DNA from: an uncultured Methanosarcinaceae archaeon
Lineage (GTDB): Archaea > Halobacteriota > Methanosarcinia > Methanosarcinales > Methanosarcinaceae
DNA length: 64,000 nucleotides
Direction: 5' to 3'
NCBI GenBank assembly: GCA_963733675.1
Contig: CAVTET010000001.1
Span: 128,001-192,000, forward strand
In this document: positions 1 through 10,739 of the stretch, in pieces
Layout of the letters: each line of letters begins with the position of its first letter
How positions within the stretch are numbered: position 1 is the first letter of the stretch
Translations under genes and position numbers: made by a program
The notes under the pieces: generated by a model
Told to the model about the DNA's origin: nothing
Database searches by the model: none
The model's input: only the letters and a program-made list of their open reading frames with translations

Positions 1-130
1 TGTTATATTTTTATTTTCATACTCTATATTTATCAAAAAGTATGTTTATTGTTTAAATATATTAAGTATTATATGATGAAAGCATTCAAGTTTAGGCTAT
101 ATCCAACAATTGATCAATCCAACCAACTTA

Positions 131-1002
131 TAGGCTATCCGAAAAGTCCTGCTGATCTGAATGTTATCAATGCGCACGCTAAATGTAGCATAGCAAGGTA
201 ATTTTCAATTTTCTTTTCCCATCTTATAAGGAGTCTTCTGAATCTATTAAGCCAAGAATGTGTCCTTTCTACAACCCATCTTCTTGCCCTAAAACCAGGT
301 ATGTCTCTTCTTATGTTTTCTTCTCCACGACTTTTGATATGCGCAGTATAACCATAGTTTTCAACCAATTTTCTGATATCGGTGAAATCATAACCCTTAT
401 CCATGCATATATTCTGAATTATGTCTTCTGGAGAAGGTCTTTCAAAGAATATGGCGTCTAAAGTCCTTTTTACAAGCTTTTTATCGTGACGATTGGCTCC
501 ATCAACGACAACAGAAAGTGGTATGCCTTTACCATCATTTAAAACACTCCTTTTTGTACCTTTTTTGCCACGATCAGTAGGATTGGCTCCTGTTCCAGCT
601 CCACCTAATGGTGCTTTTGTCATAGCACCATCAATTGATTATCATTCCCATTCTAATCCTTTTTCGAAATCATACTCAACAAGACCAGCCAGCCACATGC
701 TCTCAAATAAGCCTGATAGTTGCCATTCCTGAAATCGATCATGTACAGTGCTTGGAGCTCCATAAAATCGGGGCAATGCTTTCCATTGGCAAACAGTAAA
801 AAGGAGATAGAAAATGCCACTCATTATTTTCCTATCACTCTTTCTAGGTCTTCCAGACTTCTTTTTTGGCTTAGGTACAGGTAGTAAAGGTTCTATTTTT
901 TTCCAATAATCTTCAGAAATTTCGTAGTCCTGAACAATTTTCCGTTTTGTCATTACCACACATGATCTTAAATTGAAAGTAGATTATTTTTCGGATAGGC
1001 TC
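131..1002 (-). mobile_element. IS5-family insertion sequence
   Basis: Imperfect terminal inverted repeats TAGGCTATCCGAAAA (131-145) and TTTTCGGATAGGCTC (988-1002), flanked by TA on both sides, enclose a DDE transposase. Confidence 0.9.
135..959 (-). pseudogene. IS5-family transposase with two adjacent in-frame stops (TGA TAA at 644-639)
   Basis: ORFs 642-959 and 135-623 share a frame. Motifs: CQWKALP..GAPSTVHDRFQEW, SIDG..KAPLGG, DKGYD, RWVVERTHSWLNRFRRL. Confidence 0.9.
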
Positions 1003-1460
1003 TAAGTCGAAAACAGGAAGGTTCTAAAAACAGAGAAAAAGCCAAACAAAAACTTGCTGTACTTCATGAGAAAATAAAAAATCAAAGAAATGATTTTCAA
1101 CACAAACTATCTTTTAAACTTGTTAGCGAGAAACAAGCAATAGCTGTTGAAACTCTGAATGTTAAAGGCATGATTAAGAAGCACCATTTAGCATAGGCTA
1201 TAGATGATTTGGCGTGAAGAGTTTTGTAACAAAATTAGAATATCAATCAGAATGGTTAGGAAAAACCATTCTGATTGATAGGTAAATTTGAAACATCATC
1301 TAAGATCTATCATGTTTGTGGATACCATAACTTTGAGATAACACTAAAAGATAGAGAATGGAAATGTCCTGATTGTAAGACTAAACATGAAAGAGACATT
1401 AATGCTGCAATTAACATCAAAAAATTCGCTCTCATTGATCAAAATCTAATTGGAATCTAA

Positions 1461-1560
1461 AACCTGTGGAATGCGGGGTATATGGGCTTGGGAACTTGTT
1501 CTCAAAAGAGAACGGAATGAACCAAGAAGCTACTTAGTCTTCAGCTGATTGGTGGTTCAC
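1461..1560 (+). ncRNA. IS200/IS605 right end, putative omegaRNA scaffold region ending in TTCAC
   Basis: Directly follows the tnpB stop, contains a hairpin (GTTCTC-AAAA-GAGAAC) and ends GGTGGTTCAC, like the second tnpB relic that ends in TTCAC at 11605. Confidence 0.55.
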
Positions 1561-2447
1561 TTTGTTATAACTTCACAGCCGTTCTGAGTTATCACTATTG
1601 TATGCTCAGCCTGGGCTACAAGCCCACCTTCAATTTCAAGAAGTACAGGATAAGATTGAAGGATTCCTGCGTTTGCAAGCTGGATTAATGCAAACTCCAA
1701 CTTGTCGGATTCAAGCCAGCGTTTTGCAAAAGGTAGGCCTCTGTATTCTTCTACCTGTTTCAAGATATTTCGGACTGCAGGCATACGGACCGGTTTTTTC
1801 CTTATGAGGCTATATATCTCGGCCCATCTTCCGTCGTGAATGACCCCTGCTCCATTCGTTGCAAATGGTTCTATCGCAAACACATCCCCTTCCCTGAGAA
1901 TTACCCCCCCATCAACACGCTTGTTGGGAACAGAAGGTTCATCGTGGGCATCATATTGGGAAAGCCCGTGGCCTGTCAAGTTTATTATTGGGTTTAAGCC
2001 ATAGCTTCGAATACTGTCATCTATTGTAGCTCCAATTTTCCCTGTAGTGATCCCTGGTCTTGCAAGATTAATGGCTGCAGAAAGGGCCTCTTCAGCTGCT
2101 TTTAATATATCAGAGTTCCCTGATAGGTCAATAGTAACGGCTGAATCTGCAATGTATCCATCTATATGGACACCAAGGTCCAGTTTCACCATATCTTTTC
2201 CGAAAACGTCGGTGTCTCCAGCTGTTGGAGTTGCATGCGCTGCTTCCTCATTTCTCGAAATATTGCAGGGAAAAGCTGGTCTGCCTCCCAACTCGGTAGT
2301 TCTATTTTCCACAAATTCTGCAACTCTTAGCAAGCTATTTCCAACTCCTACCATTTCTACGGCCTCGTCTCTGACAACCTTTAGGATCTTTCCTGCTTCT
2401 CTATATTTCTCGAGAATTTCTTGCTTATTGTTCACATTATCAGTCAT
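1557..2447 (-). CDS. map: Methionine aminopeptidase, type II
   Basis: AFPCNIS, AAH, KLDLGVHIDGYIADSA, NLTGH, AIEPFAT and AQAEHT motifs. Confidence 0.97.
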   Translation of the reverse strand: MTDNVNNKQEILEKYREAGKILKVVRDEAVEMVGVGNSLLRVAEFVENRTTELGGRPAFPCNISRNEEAAHATPTAGDTDVFGKDMVKLDLGVHIDGYIADSAVTIDLSGNSDILKAAEEALSAAINLARPGITTGKIGATIDDSIRSYGLNPIINLTGHGLSQYDAHDEPSVPNKRVDGGVILREGDVFAIEPFATNGAGVIHDGRWAEIYSLIRKKPVRMPAVRNILKQVEEYRGLPFAKRWLESDKLEFALIQLANAGILQSYPVLLEIEGGLVAQAEHTIVITQNGCEVITK

Positions 2448-2601
2448 GTTAATCCCGTTAATCTCTTATTGAATGTAATAGGTTTCTAGCCTGAATGAAA
2501 TAATAAGGGATGCGTATCTGATCCTTACAATCGTATCGCTAATTTTCTGTTAAAGCGGGGTCATATTCCAGATATAGACAGAGTTTTCAAATTGTAAAAT
2601 G

Positions 2602-3771
2602 TTATAATGCAAATCTCTTTTCTAGTCCTGTAAGGTTCTCACACCCATTTTCTGTGACAAGTACCATATCCTCAAGTCTGATTCCTCCAGTCTTAGGGTA
2701 GTATAGGCCAGGTTCTATAGTGATTAAGTTACCTTTTTCAAGAACATATCCATTTTCTCCTACTGCTGGAAGTTCATGTACGTCCAGTCCAACGCCATGC
2801 CCTGTGGAATGAATAAATCCAAATTTTGAACCGTTTCTGTAGGTTTCATAACCCTTTTTCTCGAATATGTCACAGACTGCATTATGCACATCAGCTGTAG
2901 ATACACCTGGCTTAATCATTTCAATCCCTTTTTCTTGGGCTGCAAGTACAGCTTGGTACATTTCTTTTAACTCTTTTGAAGCCTCTCCGTGAAGTATCGT
3001 TCGCGTCATATCCGCAAAATAGCGTTCCCTCTTGCTCCTCGGGAAAATATCCAAGATAATTGGCGAATTTGCCCAGAGAGGACCATCTGTAGTGCCATGC
3101 GGATTTACTGTATCTTTACCACATGAAACGATAATTTCTTCGGCTTCACACCCAAAATCAAGCAATGTATGGTCAATGACTGCTTTTACTTTAGTGCCGG
3201 TAAGTATCTGCCCTTCATGATACAAGTTTCCTTTTCTTTCTTCTGCTTTTGCGATCAGGAAGATCGCTGCTTTCATAGCTTTTTCTCCTGCCATTTGAGC
3301 ATACTTTATAGACTTAATTTCTTCCGGTTTTTTCAGGCCCCTTATTTTCCTGAAAGGGCTTTTCACAGGTACTATGGAAAAACCTGATTTTTCAAAGTAA
3401 TTTGAGTAAAATATCGGAAAATCGTAAGGCACTGCAACTTTTTTTGCTCCTTCTCTAAGGAGCAACTCTGATATACAAGCTGCATAGGCAACATACATAT
3501 CTTTTTTCTCCTTGATCTTCTCCCTGTAGCCAAAGTCCTGAGTCGTTATTATAACTGAAATCCTTGATTCGATTTCTGCCCTTCCCTTTTCCATTTCCGA
3601 AATAAAAAGTATTTCTTCTCCTGCTCTTGTTTGCAGATAAACAAACTCATCCGAAGATAGGAAATGGGTTACATAGTAAATATCAGAATTATGGATATTT
3701 CCTATCATAAGATAAGCATCAGTTCCTGCTTCCTCAAGGGTCTTCTTTATGCTGAATTCTGGCTCTTTCAT
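2602..3771 (-). CDS. Xaa-Pro dipeptidase/aminopeptidase (M24B)
   Basis: YFADMTRT, HSTGHGVGLDVHE, TIEPGLY and GGIRLED motifs. Confidence 0.95.
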   Translation of the reverse strand: MKEPEFSIKKTLEEAGTDAYLMIGNIHNSDIYYVTHFLSSDEFVYLQTRAGEEILFISEMEKGRAEIESRISVIITTQDFGYREKIKEKKDMYVAYAACISELLLREGAKKVAVPYDFPIFYSNYFEKSGFSIVPVKSPFRKIRGLKKPEEIKSIKYAQMAGEKAMKAAIFLIAKAEERKGNLYHEGQILTGTKVKAVIDHTLLDFGCEAEEIIVSCGKDTVNPHGTTDGPLWANSPIILDIFPRSKRERYFADMTRTILHGEASKELKEMYQAVLAAQEKGIEMIKPGVSTADVHNAVCDIFEKKGYETYRNGSKFGFIHSTGHGVGLDVHELPAVGENGYVLEKGNLITIEPGLYYPKTGGIRLEDMVLVTENGCENLTGLEKRFAL

Positions 3772-4301
3772 GCAAGATCATTTTGCTTTATGTGGATAAA
3801 ATTCTTATCGTCAGATTTTTTTTTCCGACTATACTTAACATTTTCTTTCTTTATTCCAGTCGAATAACCTGCATCTTGCTATGGGATGGAAACTTCTCCG
3901 AGAATCAGTATCCCCTTTTCCATAGATGTATACAAGAGTGCCATCTATTCTAATAGTAGCTAAATAGGCAAACAAATTCTACATTTGTGTATATTTGCAA
4001 AATGTGGTTCCTAAGAGCTATCCAGTAAATTTTCACAATTTAAACCGGGCTTTCAAGAAAAACTAGCTTCTAGAATTCTCCTAATTTTCTGGAAACAACT
4101 TCCTGCAGAGGTTTTAAATTGTATTCAAACTCAAAAAAGTTTTGGACATTTAGATTCTAACTTAATTATTTCTAAACGTATACAATATACATACAAATTA
4201 TGGGATTTATATAAAAACTCAAATGAGATTGAACAAATTTTAAGATAAATACTTATGTAAAGAAAAGGGGTATGCACCTTAAAAGGTGCTTTAATTTATT
4301 T

Positions 4302-4766
4302 TTAGAACCTAACATCTTTGTTGATGATGAGCTGATTTGTCTTCAAATCGATGATTTTAATGTTGACAATATCACCAGATATTGGCCCTGTCCCAAAAAC
4401 ATTCATATCATCGGTATTAGCCAGCGAGAGTATTTTCATATCACCAACACTCAAGTTATCGAGACTAGAAGTGTTAACTGCAACAGATTTAGTTCCAAGA
4501 GATGCAGTAACTTTCGTTATTGAGTCTCGAAAGTAAATTTGATCTCCGCCAAGGTGTTCAAGTTTTACAGATGCTATGCCAGTAGCATTAGAAGTATCAT
4601 TTGCTTTAATATCGATGTTCGCCTGTGGTGCAGATTTGGTAGATCCCTGGCTGAAGACGGTAGAACCGATTGCAGCAGCGAGAATGACAGTTATTGCAAC
4701 CATCAGGATGACACCGATTACAGGGGACACTGCATCTGTATTCCTAAATAATTTCTTGAGATCCAT
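4302..4766 (-). CDS. Archaeal type IV pilin (DUF1628/Pilin_N)
   Basis: Class III signal DA|VSPVIGVILMVAITVILAA and the LEHLGGD motif. Confidence 0.92.
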   Translation of the reverse strand: MDLKKLFRNTDAVSPVIGVILMVAITVILAAAIGSTVFSQGSTKSAPQANIDIKANDTSNATGIASVKLEHLGGDQIYFRDSITKVTASLGTKSVAVNTSSLDNLSVGDMKILSLANTDDMNVFGTGPISGDIVNIKIIDLKTNQLIINKDVRF

Positions 4767-5083
4767 CTGTTTCTCCCTCCGGGTTAAAGTTACTCAGACA
4801 GTATACACGCCTGAAACTTCTAACAATTATTATACACAGATAAACTATATACAGTTAACAATATATAGCTTTTTATAGTGTGATACCCCATATTCTTCAT
4901 TCTTATATGCATTTTTGTTGATCACATTATTATATTATTTACATAATCTATAGTGGCTAAGTATCATTATTCTTTATTAATCATTTTTAAGTAATATATT
5001 ATTATTTACAGACAGTCAAGTTAATATCCAATTAATAGCTATGTAACATGGGTAATATAAAATATTGATAATGTGGTTTTAAC

Positions 5084-5575
5084 TTGGAGGGCAAAAAATA
5101 TAGGGCACTTGGCGAGAACTGTCAGGCAGTTTCAGAAGTCTTAGGACAGGTGCTCATGATAGCTATAATCGTATTATCTTTATCTTCATTAGCAACTACG
5201 ATATTTTCGGATGTTGTAGTCATAAATCCTCCTCATAAGCAGCATACCTACATCTCTGAAAGAATTGACACTAATGCCGATACTATTCAGATATTGCATA
5301 GTGGTGGAGAAGTCATTAATCTAAAAACGCTCAAGATCATACTCAGTGTCAATGGAAAGTTGGCTAAGTTTAACATGTCCGATCCTAGTGTTAAGGTTTT
5401 GAATTCGAGAGGTTCAGTGCTTGATAATGGTTTTCTGATGCTAGGCGACTGTATAGAAATCAATGTGAGACAACTGGGGATTTACCTGAAGGATAAAGAC
5501 ACTGTTGATATGTATCTTGTGAACACTAAATCTGGTCAGGTGATCCAGAGGGTTGCACTCCATGGGGGAGAATGA
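5084..5575 (+). CDS. Type IV pilin-like protein
   Basis: QA|VSEVLGQVLMIAIIV and ILHSGGE motifs; TTG start. Confidence 0.88.
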   Translation: MEGKKYRALGENCQAVSEVLGQVLMIAIIVLSLSSLATTIFSDVVVINPPHKQHTYISERIDTNADTIQILHSGGEVINLKTLKIILSVNGKLAKFNMSDPSVKVLNSRGSVLDNGFLMLGDCIEINVRQLGIYLKDKDTVDMYLVNTKSGQVIQRVALHGGE

Positions 5576-5626
5576 AAAAAGAAAAACAAGAGGATATTCT
5601 ATTTCAGAATCACACGATGTCCTGTT

Positions 5627-6577
5627 ATGAAAATCAGAATGAGTAGAAGCTTCGGAGAGGTCATTAAAAGCTTATCAAAATCGGAATTAGCAGCATCCAC
5701 AGTCATTGCCGCAGTACTACTGCTAAGCATCCTATTTACAATATTTGCAGTGGTAAGGATTGCGTATGTTCCGGAATGGAAAACTGATGCTGAACAATCA
5801 CATATGAGTGAAGTCCAGAGGGATATGACAGGATTAAAATCAACAGTAGACATGATTATTTTTCTTATGGCTACAAACACAAGTTATTCAGCACGACCTC
5901 CCTTAACGGTTCCATTTAGCATGGGTGGAGGAGAAATATCTATTCTGGAACCCTCAAAATCAAGCGGGACACTGTCAATAAATACACGATCATACAAAAT
6001 GACCATAATCCCAACATTGGGTAATGAAACATCAATTAACTCTAACATAATTACTTATCATTCGAACAACAGGCAATATGTGGATCAGGTTTTCAGGTAT
6101 GAAAACGGAGCTGTTATTCTTGTCCAAGACGACAGATCATTAATGACACAGTTTCCCACATTAATCAGTATAAATCAAATTAGTGAACATAACTATAATG
6201 TTTTGATCCAAGCAATCAACTTATCAGGAAATTCAGACTCTATTTCTTCGGAGACATATACTTACTTGAGATTGACTGGAAGTAAATCTAATGATATAGA
6301 CTTAGGGAATATTAATTCATTTGACTGTATAATTTCCACTAAATATCCGGATGCTTGGGAGTCTTATTTCAAAGAAAATCTCAATGAAATCTCTAAAGAA
6401 GCAGGTCTTAAATATGGCACAGATTTCATATTTGATCCAAAAGACTACTCAGACAAGGTACATTTAAAATTTCTTGCTGGCAACAAAAACCAAAACCATT
6501 ACAGACTTTCGATAAGAGAATATGTTATCATGGCAGAAATTGGAGCAAGGAATAGTTTTAATCAATACAAATCATAA
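5627..6577 (+). CDS. Large pilin-like protein
   Basis: AASTVIAAVLLL hydrophobic N-terminus, YVPEW..DAE..HM and YENGAVI motifs; directly downstream of a pilin. Confidence 0.8.
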   Translation: MKIRMSRSFGEVIKSLSKSELAASTVIAAVLLLSILFTIFAVVRIAYVPEWKTDAEQSHMSEVQRDMTGLKSTVDMIIFLMATNTSYSARPPLTVPFSMGGGEISILEPSKSSGTLSINTRSYKMTIIPTLGNETSINSNIITYHSNNRQYVDQVFRYENGAVILVQDDRSLMTQFPTLISINQISEHNYNVLIQAINLSGNSDSISSETYTYLRLTGSKSNDIDLGNINSFDCIISTKYPDAWESYFKENLNEISKEAGLKYGTDFIFDPKDYSDKVHLKFLAGNKNQNHYRLSIREYVIMAEIGARNSFNQYKS

Positions 6578-6609
6578 ACTTCCTTTTGCAAACTTTAGTA
6601 GCAAAGTAG

Positions 6610-7060
6610 AGTTATGCTCACTTCTCTTTTATAGTCTACAGATCCACCAAAAAGCATAGAAGAATGGGACTAGATCTTTGGAGATGGGGTTTACTCAACT
6701 GAGCAAAATCCAATGCACATATATTCAGCAGCAAGAAATAATACAATATAACTTAATGTAAACAATGCAAATGGTAAAAATTCAAAGGTGAGCAATATGA
6801 ATGTAACAATGTCTCTAGAAAAATCAGTTATAGGCTTTTTCAGTAAAGCTATTTGAAACATGTACATTTGCTTGTTGTCTTTACTGACCCAAATCTATGA
6901 ATGTCTACTTCATGAACATGGAATTTTTAGAGATGGGACACAAATTCTCCTGCCACGAAATCTGTACATGCATGCAATAAAGCTGGAAAAATACAGTTAG
7001 CTTAAAAGTAAGTCAAGAGGTCAGAAAAATAAGCAACACTGAATTATTTATACACATCAG
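6610..7060 (+). pseudogene. Eroded tandem PKD-domain surface-protein fragment
   Basis: Broken frames give W.FGDG..STEQNPMHIYSAA and a second FTD..W.F.DGT...VH..NKAG unit. Confidence 0.65.
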
Positions 7061-7349
7061 TCTATATTTAGTGAAAGCCTTAAATTCAACATTTAACTAA
7101 CTGGTTCAGATATTCATCAAAATTCCCCCCCATTTTCATGATCTTTGCAGAAAAGTAATACCGAGCATTTATTATTTATGGAGCGCTGAGAGTCATGAAT
7201 TCCTTGCCGTTTAGGCAGTGGATGATGTGAACACTAACATTTTTTTGTTTCCGTTTAAACTTTTAAATTATTGTTTTGCTGTAAAACAGTTTTTTTGTCA
7301 CTACGGTCATAGATGATACTATTCACATCTGAAAGGGCTTTGATATGCA

Positions 7350-7760
7350 TTGTAATTAAATAGCTTTAGCAATGCTATTGTCGGATCATCTATTACAAGC
7401 ATTGGTGCCTTATTATCGATACAATATATTCTCCAACAAGCGAATTAAAAGGAATTACATGTCTATCTTTACCTCGATTTTTGTTGAACAAGGCTACTAA
7501 TTCATGCTATGTAAGTGGTAGAATCTCGCATTCACTCATTCCTGGAATCCCATTCAAACGGCTTTCTATTAGAGGCTGTTTAATACTTTAAAGGAGGGAA
7601 TTCTTAAAGATTTTCCAAAGTTCATCCTAATTGAAAAATTATATCGTAATGGGGATCGTATAGTCAAATGATAAGTTCTATAGATTCGTTTGAGCGGTGG
7701 CAGCTGATACAATAAACAATACATTCCGGAATCTTAGAGAGAACCTAAAGCAGAGTTTTA
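7350..7760 (+). pseudogene. tnpA: IS200-type Y1 transposase relic
   Basis: Across frameshifts and stops it reads SFS..Y..I.Y..LVP.YRYNIFSNKRIK...IHAM.VVE..IH.FLE....Y.KGG.S...K.HP...KFYR...ADTI. A left-end-like hairpin lies at ~7197-7225. Confidence 0.75.
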
Positions 7761-7962
7761 ATCATCTAGATTAAAGGAATAGGATAAAACAAGAATCGAT
7801 GATTTTTGAATTTCGACTAATTGACTGGTTGGTCTAAACGTATATCCCATCATTTCGTTCGTAGTAGACACAAATAATCATAATTTGAGCGTTTTATTCA
7901 ACGAATTTCATATTGGTTTCAATTAATTCCTCTGAGCAAAGCACATTTCTAAGCTATAAGTT

Positions 7963-8030
7963 AGTCCGCTTGAGCCTAGCGAAACGAACATCTTGCTGCT
8001 GAAGCAAAATTCGGATGGCTCAACTCGACT
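7963..8030. repeat. 68-bp imperfect palindrome right after the hisB stop
   Basis: AGTCCGCTTGAGCC pairs with GGCTCAACTCGACT; inner stem TTGCT/AGCAA. Confidence 0.6.
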
Positions 8031-8031
8031 T

Positions 8032-8607
8032 CTAGAGAGTACCCTTCGTACTTTTTATATTTTTTCCTTCTATTTTTACTGCTCGTTTCATGGCGTAGGC
8101 AAAAGCCTTGAAGAGAGCTTCGATTTTGTGATGGTCGTTATCTCCATAGACGCTTGCATGTATCGTAATTTTTGCATTTGAGGCAAGAGTATCGAAGAAG
8201 TGCCTCACCAGCTGGGTATTGAACTGTCCCACATTGGGTGCAGCAAAGTCTGCTTTCAGGACAAGATATCTGCGCCCACTAATATCCAAAGCAACGTCTG
8301 CAAGAGCCTCATCCATTGGAATTCTGGCTTCCCCAAAACGAGCGATTCCTATCATGTTTCCAAGCGCTTCTGCAATAGCCTTTCCGAGAACTATCCCTGT
8401 ATCTTCCACTAGGTGATGCTCGTCTACGTAAAGGTCGCCCTCGGAACGAATCTTAATGTCAAATTCTGCATGTCGCGCAAAGGAAGTAAGCATATGGTCC
8501 AAAAATCCGATTCCTATGCTGATATCTGCAATTCCTGTACCATCGAGGTTCAGTTCAAGTTGGATATCAGTTTCTTTTGTCTTGCGGGATATTTTGCTTG
8601 TTCTCAT
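8032..8607 (-). CDS. hisB: Imidazoleglycerol-phosphate dehydratase
   Basis: [17 protein letters not shown] and [14 protein letters not shown] motifs. Confidence 0.98.
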   Translation of the reverse strand: MRTSKISRKTKETDIQLELNLDGTGIADISIGIGFLDHMLTSFARHAEFDIKIRSEGDLYVDEHHLVEDTGIVLGKAIAEALGNMIGIARFGEARIPMDEALADVALDISGRRYLVLKADFAAPNVGQFNTQLVRHFFDTLASNAKITIHASVYGDNDHHKIEALFKAFAYAMKRAVKIEGKNIKSTKGTL

Positions 8608-8738
8608 AGAGCATCACATTCTCTTAAATTAAATAAATGCCTCGCATTTAGCAGCTTTTTGAATCCTGATAGTTTATTCCAGAAAATCAAGTGTACTTAT
8701 CTAATCGCTCTGCTGTAAGAAAAAGACAGGGCACCCCA

Positions 8739-9485
8739 TCAGTCATACTTTGTGGACTCAATAGCTTCCTCAAGAGAAAATCTGCCTGTGTAAAGAGCAC
8801 TGCCGATCACCACCCCTATTGCTCCAGTTTTCTTCAGAATTTGCAGGTCGTGCAAAGAACCCACTCCCCCAGATGCAATTACAGGGATAGTGACTGATTC
8901 AACAAGTTCCTTTGTAGGACCAGGATCCACTCCTTGCATAAGACCTTCAGTATCTATATTCGTAAAAAGCAAACTTCCTGCACCTAGCTCCTCAAACTTT
9001 TTGCCCATTTCTACAGAAGTTTGCGTGCACTCCTCAGTCCAGCCTTTGATTGAGACTTTTCCGTTCTTAGCATCCAGAGCAACAGTTATGTATACGCTTC
9101 CAAAGGAATTGACAAGCAGTTTTACCAGTTCCGGATTTTGGATGGCAGCAGTTCCAAGAATTACTCTTGAAACTCCTAGTTTAAGGAGAGCAGCTGCATT
9201 TTCAAAATTTCTAATTCCTCCTCCTACTTGAATACAAACTCCTTTTTCCTTACAGACCTCTACTATCTTTTCAATAATTTGAGTATTTTTGCGTTCTCCT
9301 TCTATTGCACCATCGAGATCTACAAGGTGCAGACACTCTGCACCTTTGTTAATCCAGTCCAAGGCAACTGAAAGAGGATTGTCTAGGGATATAATTTCAC
9401 TACCAGGTACTCCCTGCACAAGCTGAACACACTTTCCACCCCTCATATCCACCGCAGGAATCACTACAAAAACCAAGAACACCAC
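8739..9485 (-). CDS. hisA: ProFAR isomerase
   Basis: VIPAVDMRGGKCVQL, HLVDLDGA, QVGGGIR and VIASGG motifs. Confidence 0.97.
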   Translation of the reverse strand: MVFLVFVVIPAVDMRGGKCVQLVQGVPGSEIISLDNPLSVALDWINKGAECLHLVDLDGAIEGERKNTQIIEKIVEVCKEKGVCIQVGGGIRNFENAAALLKLGVSRVILGTAAIQNPELVKLLVNSFGSVYITVALDAKNGKVSIKGWTEECTQTSVEMGKKFEELGAGSLLFTNIDTEGLMQGVDPGPTKELVESVTIPVIASGGVGSLHDLQILKKTGAIGVVIGSALYTGRFSLEEAIESTKYD

Positions 9486-9545
9486 TTCTCCACTAAACTT
9501 ATAAAATAATATTTCAATGTTCCCATGATTGTAGGTCTTTTCCTT

Positions 9546-10415
9546 TCAGGGCATGATTCTTTCAATCGGTACAACAAGGATGTCTCTTGCACCTATTTTT
9601 TTCAGTTTATTTACAATGGTAAATATTAGGTTTGCATCAACAACTGCATGAACTGCAAGAATTGACTCTTCAGGATGTTTGCTAGATTCAACCTTCATAA
9701 CAGTAGGCCCTGACATTCCAGGTAGCACTTCTTTTATTGCCTTTAAAGAGGTTTCAGGAACATTCATCATGAGATATCGCCGTTCTTTTGCATTAAGCAC
9801 ACTTTCGAGCGCAGTTTTGATATCAAGGATTTTATCTTTTGTCTGTAGGCTCTCTTTGTTAGCTATTAGATAAACTGTTGAGGAAAATACTTTGTCAATA
9901 GCTTTCATGTGGTTGATCATCAGAGTTGTTCCGGAACTTGAAATATCTACAATAGCATCCGCAATTCCTACATGTGGGGTAACCTCGCAAGCACCGCTAA
10001 CCTTTATGATGTTAATGTCAACTCCCAGCCCTTTGAAGTACTGGCCAGTAATCCTCGGAAATTCAGTTGCAACTTTTTTGCCTTCAAGATCCTGAGCTTT
10101 CTCAAAATTAGAGTCTTCGAGCACAGCTAGTACAAGGTTTGATTTTCCGAATTTAAGGTCTAAAAGAGTTTCAACATCTGCTTCTCTTTCCGTAATTAGG
10201 TCTATACCTGTGATACCAACGTCAGCAGCTCCATCTTGTACATACTCAGGAATATCACTAGCCCTGGCAAAGAGGATGCTGATCTCTGGATCTATGGTCT
10301 TTTCAAACAGTTTTCGGCTTTCGGCTCCCCCGCTTATTGGGAAGCCTGCATCGCGGAAAATAGATATTGTGGGTTCGTGAAGGCGTCCTTTATTTGGTAT
10401 TACAATGCGAATCAT
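9546..10415 (-). CDS. hisG: ATP phosphoribosyltransferase (long form)
   Basis: PNKGRL, DIPEYV, ADAIVDISSSGTTL and LPGMSGPTV motifs. Confidence 0.98.
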   Translation of the reverse strand: MIRIVIPNKGRLHEPTISIFRDAGFPISGGAESRKLFEKTIDPEISILFARASDIPEYVQDGAADVGITGIDLITEREADVETLLDLKFGKSNLVLAVLEDSNFEKAQDLEGKKVATEFPRITGQYFKGLGVDINIIKVSGACEVTPHVGIADAIVDISSSGTTLMINHMKAIDKVFSSTVYLIANKESLQTKDKILDIKTALESVLNAKERRYLMMNVPETSLKAIKEVLPGMSGPTVMKVESSKHPEESILAVHAVVDANLIFTIVNKLKKIGARDILVVPIERIMP

Positions 10416-10739
10416 CTACTCTGCCCTCGAATAGTTATTTACCTTGGATTTTTTCCCCGAGTGTGTTCATTCTAACAGAATGTTTATCCAAAGTACTCTT
10501 TTACAATATAGACTTCACGGTAGATTTCACGGAAAATTTATGTGCTAAAGATTAGGCGTAAAAAAAATCTTTTTTAAGTAGTTGTAGTTTAATGAGATCA
10601 ATTTCCCGTAATCCTTAAATATTTACACTTCATTTGAGTCAAATTTTGGTCTGCTTATATACTGTTTCTCCAACTCTATATAATTTTGTTTTACTTTTAA
10701 AACAAAAAAAATCACTTTTGATTTTAGAGATAAATTATG

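Larger units (their letters stand above)
73..1460 (+). pseudogene. tnpB: TnpB (IS200/IS605 family RNA-guided nuclease) pseudogene, split by an IS5 element
   Basis: 73-130 reads MMKAFKFRLYPT (TnpB N-terminus). After the IS, 1002 onward reads LSRKQEGSKNREKAKQKLAVLHEKIKNQRNDFQHKLSFKLVSEKQAIAVETLNVKGM. The C-terminus has SSKIYHVCG..WKCPDCKTKHERDINAAINI. Internal stops and frameshifts are present. Confidence 0.9.

Noticed and set aside
7963-8034. hisB TAG plus hairpin as a PYLIS-like readthrough signal
   Set aside because: HisB is full length at the TAG, and readthrough meets TGA three codons later.
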